Source: an uncultured cyanobacterium (GTDB lineage: Bacteria; Cyanobacteriota; Cyanobacteriia; Phormidesmidales; Phormidesmidaceae). Taken from it: 64,000 bases of DNA. Shown here in pieces: positions 59,839-64,000 of the stretch (positions are counted from its first letter, which is position 1; each line of letters begins with the position of its first letter). The translations under genes were made by a program, and so were the position numbers. The stretch is from NCBI GenBank assembly GCA_963793265.1, contig CAWBZI010000001.1:1-64000 (forward strand), given 5' to 3'. The notes beneath the pieces were generated by a model. It was not told where the DNA came from. It did no database searches and worked only from the letters and a program-made list of their open reading frames with translations.

Positions 59839-62800
59839 ATGGCTAGTGTTGACGATCGCCTTTCGGATCGCGTTTCTCAGCGGCCTGTTCGTCCGCATCG
59901 GCATCTGGGTAGTCGTTGGGTGAGAGGGGTGCGATCGCCCGCTGGTAAAAAAGCTGTGATCGCAACCATCCTCCTCCTGATCGCCGCCTACGTTCTCACC
60001 TACTACTGGGCCGAGGGCATGTGGTTTGCTGAGCTGAACTTTTTGAACGAGTTTTGGCTGCGATCGCTTACCCAAATCGGCCTGGGCCTGCTGGCGCTAT
60101 TCGTTAGCCTTGGCGTTTTCTTCTATAACTTTCGCATCGCTAACCGCCTCCAGGCTAGCCAAAACTGTCTGCTGCCGAACCAGGCTAACTTGCAAGTAGG
60201 CATCGGGCTAAGAGGACTACTGCCTCTGCTATTGCTACTAGGTATTCTCCTCAGCGCCAGCTTGATCTATCACGTTTACCTGGCCGCGATAGAACTCAGC
60301 ACCATACGCACCGCGATTCCAGCGCCCTTTGGCATAGACTTTGAACTCGACTGGATACTGGCCCGGCAGCTCGTGCAGCAGCCGATTGGATTAGGGCTGG
60401 CGGTAGGGGGTGCGATCACTTTAATTGCCTTTCCCCAGCGGCTTATTCAAATCGGGGCGATCGCCCTGAGCCTGTGCTTTAGCATCATCGCCGCCGAAGA
60501 ATGGGCCAGGGTATTGCCTGCGATTAACCCCTCTTCTTTTGGTCAAAGCGATCCCGTCTTTGGGCGCGAACTGAGCTTTTATATTTTTGAGCTGCCGCTG
60601 CTAGAGCTGGTGAACTTTTGGCTCTCAGGACTGCTGCTGTTTGTTTTGGTGGCAACGACGCTGCTGTATTTGCTGGCTGGCAAGACGCTTAGCCAGGGAA
60701 GATTTGCAGGGTTTTCGCGTCCACAGCAGCGGCATTTGTATGCGATCGCCGCCAGCCTGCTCATCGTCACTTCTATGAGCCATTGGCTAGGCCGCTTCGA
60801 GCTATTGTTTTCAGAGCAGGGCGTCACCTACGGCGCGAGCTTTACCGATATTCACGTTGATTTGCCCGTCGATTCAGCGCTGTGCCTAATTTCGTTAGGG
60901 CTCGGCATGTTTTTGGTATGGCGCACGGTCATGTGGCCCAAAATGGAGAAAATCGACGGGTTTCAGACGGTAGGGTCGCTTAGAGATATTGCGCTGAGAA
61001 ACGGTGCGCTGAGAAACGGTGCGCTAAGGAATGGTGCCTTTACGAACGGCTCAATCAGAAGTGGCCTGCCGAAAGGGCGTAAAAAGTGGAGCCAGTGGCG
61101 CAGATTTTTCATAGCGCATCCCGTTGTGTTTGCGATCGCCCTCTACCTGCTATGCGCGCTTCTAGGCAACACAATCGTACCCTGGGTCGTGCAGCGCATT
61201 GTTGTACAGCCCAACGAACTTCAGCGAGAAACGCCCTATATTGAACGCACTATCGCCTTCTCTCGCGATGCGTTTGGCCTCACAGATATCGAAACAGAAC
61301 AGTTTGATCCGCAGGGAAGCCTCACCACCGCCGACCTGGAAGAAAACGATCTGACCATTCGTAACATTCGCCTGTGGGACACGCGCCCGCTATTGGACTC
61401 CAACCGACAGCTCCAACAGATTCGGCTGTACTACGAATTTGCCGATGCCGATGTAGACCGGTACGCGCTAATCGGAGACGACGATGCTATCGACCGCAGA
61501 CAGGTGCTTATTTCAGCGCGCGAGCTGAACTACGAAGAGGTGCCAGCCGAGGCCCAAACGTGGGTTAACGAACACCTGATTTACACTCACGGCTACGGCT
61601 TTACCATGAGCCCAGTCAATACCGCAGGGCCCAGTGGCCTACCCGAATATTTCATCAAAGATATCGCACACAACCCCAGCTCGGCCAGCGTTGCCCGCTC
61701 GATTCCAATTGGCAAGCCGCGTATCTACTTTGGCGAACTCACCAACACCTACATCATGACCGATAGCCAGGTGTCGGAGCTAGACTATCCGAGCGGCAGT
61801 GAAAATGTGTACAACCGCTATGACGGTGATGGCGGCATCAATATTGGGGCGTTTTGGAAGCGGCTGCTGTTTGCCAAGCACTTGGGCGACTGGAAGATGC
61901 TGCTCACCGACAACTTTACCGCCGATACGCAGCTTATGTTTCGGCGTAATATCAAACAGCGCGTGAAGCAAATTGCTCCATTTTTGCAGTTTGACGGCGA
62001 TCCGTACCTGGTGGTTGCTGACGCGGAGGGTGAGTTTTCATCGCCCAAAGCAGAGTCAGGTGAGAACTATTTGTATTGGATTGTTGATGCCTATACGACG
62101 AGCGATCGCTACCCCTACTCCGACCCTGGCGATAACGCCTTCAACTACATTCGCAACTCCGTCAAAATTGTTGTCGATGCCTACAACGGCTCCGTTCGGC
62201 TCTTCATTGCTGACGCCAGCGATCCGATCATTCGCACCTGGTCAGAGGTTTTTCCTGGCCTGTTCGAGCCCCTTTCGGCCATGCCACCCGCCCTTTTCTC
62301 TCACATTCGCTATCCTCAAGATTTCTCTCTTATCCAAACCAATCAGCTTCTCACCTACCACATGACCGACCCTCAGGTTTTCTATAACCGAGAGGATCAG
62401 TGGCGGGCTCCTAACGAGATCTATGCCAACGAACAGCAGGTTGTAGAGCCTTACTATGTGACGATGGAACTCCCCGGAGAAGAAGCGGGAGAGTTTGTGC
62501 TATTGCGTCCGTTCACACCTGCCCAGCGCAACAACTTAGTCGCCTGGATTGCCGCTCGGTCAGATGGCGAACAGTATGGCCGTCAGCTTCTCTATCAGTT
62601 TCCTAAGCAAGAGCTGGTATTTGGCCCCGAACAAATTGAAGCGAGAATCAATCAGGAGCCCGATATTTCTCAGCGAATTTCGCTTTGGAATACACAAGGA
62701 TCTAGGGCTAATCAGGGTAATTTGCTGGTTATTCCGATTGAACAATCTTTGCTGTATGTGGAGCCCTTGTACTTAGAAGCTGAGCAAAACCGGCTGCCGA

Positions 62801-63024
62801 TTTTAGCCAGGGTAATTGTGGCCTATCAGAACCGAATTGCGATGGCAGAGACGCTAGATCAGGCGCTAGAGGCTATTTTTAATCGACCACAGCGCAGTAG
62901 TCCGGCGATTATTCGCGAGTTGGATAGTGAGGGTAGCGATGGCGTCGAAGAACTGCTGTTGCCTGACGTGTCCGATCCGGCCCCAATTGGTGATACGCCT
63001 TCTGAGAGCGTACCGTCTGAATAA
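59839..63024 (+). CDS. UPF0182 family membrane protein
   Basis: DPVFG, NIRLWD, YTHGYG, DPYLV, NYIRNSVK, YVEPLY. Confidence 0.92.
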   Translation: MASVDDRLSDRVSQRPVRPHRHLGSRWVRGVRSPAGKKAVIATILLLIAAYVLTYYWAEGMWFAELNFLNEFWLRSLTQIGLGLLALFVSLGVFFYNFRIANRLQASQNCLLPNQANLQVGIGLRGLLPLLLLLGILLSASLIYHVYLAAIELSTIRTAIPAPFGIDFELDWILARQLVQQPIGLGLAVGGAITLIAFPQRLIQIGAIALSLCFSIIAAEEWARVLPAINPSSFGQSDPVFGRELSFYIFELPLLELVNFWLSGLLLFVLVATTLLYLLAGKTLSQGRFAGFSRPQQRHLYAIAASLLIVTSMSHWLGRFELLFSEQGVTYGASFTDIHVDLPVDSALCLISLGLGMFLVWRTVMWPKMEKIDGFQTVGSLRDIALRNGALRNGALRNGAFTNGSIRSGLPKGRKKWSQWRRFFIAHPVVFAIALYLLCALLGNTIVPWVVQRIVVQPNELQRETPYIERTIAFSRDAFGLTDIETEQFDPQGSLTTADLEENDLTIRNIRLWDTRPLLDSNRQLQQIRLYYEFADADVDRYALIGDDDAIDRRQVLISARELNYEEVPAEAQTWVNEHLIYTHGYGFTMSPVNTAGPSGLPEYFIKDIAHNPSSASVARSIPIGKPRIYFGELTNTYIMTDSQVSELDYPSGSENVYNRYDGDGGINIGAFWKRLLFAKHLGDWKMLLTDNFTADTQLMFRRNIKQRVKQIAPFLQFDGDPYLVVADAEGEFSSPKAESGENYLYWIVDAYTTSDRYPYSDPGDNAFNYIRNSVKIVVDAYNGSVRLFIADASDPIIRTWSEVFPGLFEPLSAMPPALFSHIRYPQDFSLIQTNQLLTYHMTDPQVFYNREDQWRAPNEIYANEQQVVEPYYVTMELPGEEAGEFVLLRPFTPAQRNNLVAWIAARSDGEQYGRQLLYQFPKQELVFGPEQIEARINQEPDISQRISLWNTQGSRANQGNLLVIPIEQSLLYVEPLYLEAEQNRLPILARVIVAYQNRIAMAETLDQALEAIFNRPQRSSPAIIRELDSEGSDGVEELLLPDVSDPAPIGDTPSESVPSE
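60991..61050 (+). repeat. In-frame 15-bp tandem repeat
   Basis: GCGCTGAGAAACGGT x2 plus two degenerate copies, encoding ALRNG-ALRNG-ALRNG-AFTNG. Confidence 0.8.
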
Positions 63025-63035
63025 AGGGGCGCAAG

Positions 63036-64000
63036 CTACCTATCCGCAATAGAGAATTGCTCACTATATTCAGAGATGCTCTCATCGCTTCGGCTAGTGA
63101 GTCGGAACTGGTAGTTGTTGCCGCTCTGAATATAGGAAGGAATACGCCAGGTGTAGCTGCCATCGCTGGCGGTTGAGTTAGTGAGTATGCGCTTAAACTG
63201 ACCGTTTTGGTAAAGCTCGATTTTCAGAGTTTCGTCCAGGTTGTCGCGCCAGGTGATTTCGTAGCTGCTGTTGGTACTAAGAGAAGTGCCTGAGCTAGGT
63301 GAGTTAACGGTTAGCAAGGGCTTGGGACTAACGGTAAAGGGAATATCGCTAATGCTTGAGACGCCGCTGCTATCGACGCTACTCACCTTGATTTTGTAGA
63401 AGCTGTCACTGTCCAAATCGTTCGGCACCTGCCAGGTATACTGGCCGTCACTATCGGTTGAGCTTTCAATAGTGCGCCTGTATCTGTTGCCCTCGTACAG
63501 TTCGATCTTTACGGCCTCTGAAAAGTTATCTGACCAGCGTAGGGTGTATGAACTGCCATTTTGCAGTTTGTTCGTGTCCTGACCGTTTTGCTGGATAGCA
63601 AGAACTTCAATCTTCGGTACAGAATTTAGAGATGAATAGTCGATGGTGTAGCCAATATCGTCTAACAGCGCTACATCCAACCTAGTCAAAAGCTTTCTAG
63701 TGCCTTTAGAGAGTCTTGGATCTAATGCGTTTTCGCCCAGTCCAGGCACCTCAAAGTCGTCTTTAATATGAGAGCCCTTGGGATCTAAAGGAATAGGATT
63801 GCCATTATTAAGCGCTGTTGACTTTTCTCCCGTGAACTGTCCATTCTTTATTAGCGCGCTAAAAGCATCGGTGCTCGAAGAGATGCCTAAAATATGGCCG
63901 AGTTCGTGAACGGCAACCGATAAGAAATCAGCCTGGCCAAAAGGCACCTCGGGACTGCCTTGCAGATCTGAATCAACAAACCAGGATTCGCGGGTGTTGA
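63036..64000 (-). CDS. Zinc metalloprotease with two C-terminal Ser/Thr-rich Ig-like repeats; N-terminus outside the window
   Basis: HELGHILG; two repeats of Y.I.W.DN..E..KIELY...DG.YTW.VP...Y.I. Confidence 0.75.
   Translation of the reverse strand, partial: NTRESWFVDSDLQGSPEVPFGQADFLSVAVHELGHILGISSSTDAFSALIKNGQFTGEKSTALNNGNPIPLDPKGSHIKDDFEVPGLGENALDPRLSKGTRKLLTRLDVALLDDIGYTIDYSSLNSVPKIEVLAIQQNGQDTNKLQNGSSYTLRWSDNFSEAVKIELYEGNRYRRTIESSTDSDGQYTWQVPNDLDSDSFYKIKVSSVDSSGVSSISDIPFTVSPKPLLTVNSPSSGTSLSTNSSYEITWRDNLDETLKIELYQNGQFKRILTNSTASDGSYTWRIPSYIQSGNNYQFRLTSRSDESISEYSEQFSIADR

Larger units (their letters stand above)
76..62109. repeat. HIP1 octamer GCGATCGC, dispersed (about 1 per kb)
   Basis: About 67 copies counted by eye, e.g. 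76, 7495, 8223, 15394, 22612, 31986, 45190, 49059, 62102. Confidence 0.9.

Noticed and set aside
1..64000. CRISPR array, rRNA, tRNA, IS or prophage
   Set aside because: No regularly spaced repeats, cloverleaf, rRNA-like tract, or transposase/integrase motif seen by eye.

Overview
Chromosomal segment of a cyanobacterium: psbP, glpX (FBP/SBPase), menACE, ispG, hemA, and about 67 HIP1 GCGATCGC octamers counted by eye. The left 13 kb is the notable part, one co-oriented minus-strand run: wza, wzc, a frameshift-hidden PTPA-CTERM protein, an HpsJ-like protein and an exosortase, followed by a complete lasso-peptide cluster. That cluster comprises B1/RRE, B2 peptidase, lasso cyclase, a 52-aa precursor missing from the ORF track (3636-3794), an HPr-kinase-like kinase, an ABC exporter and a nucleotidyltransferase. 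Divergent WecB/TagA and GT2 glycosyltransferases follow. Further along are an ArsR/aquaporin/ArsM arsenic module with two matching operator-like sites, a gntP-gntK gluconate module, exbBDD, a lipoprotein that also carries a PEP-CTERM tail, a PIN toxin-antitoxin pair, a DUF2382 cluster and housekeeping genes. Many genes in the first 11.5 kb carry single-base frameshifts, probably sequencing indels. Local G/C skew flips at many HIP1 sites. No rRNA, tRNA, CRISPR array or transposase was seen. All family calls come from motif recognition by eye, not from database searches.
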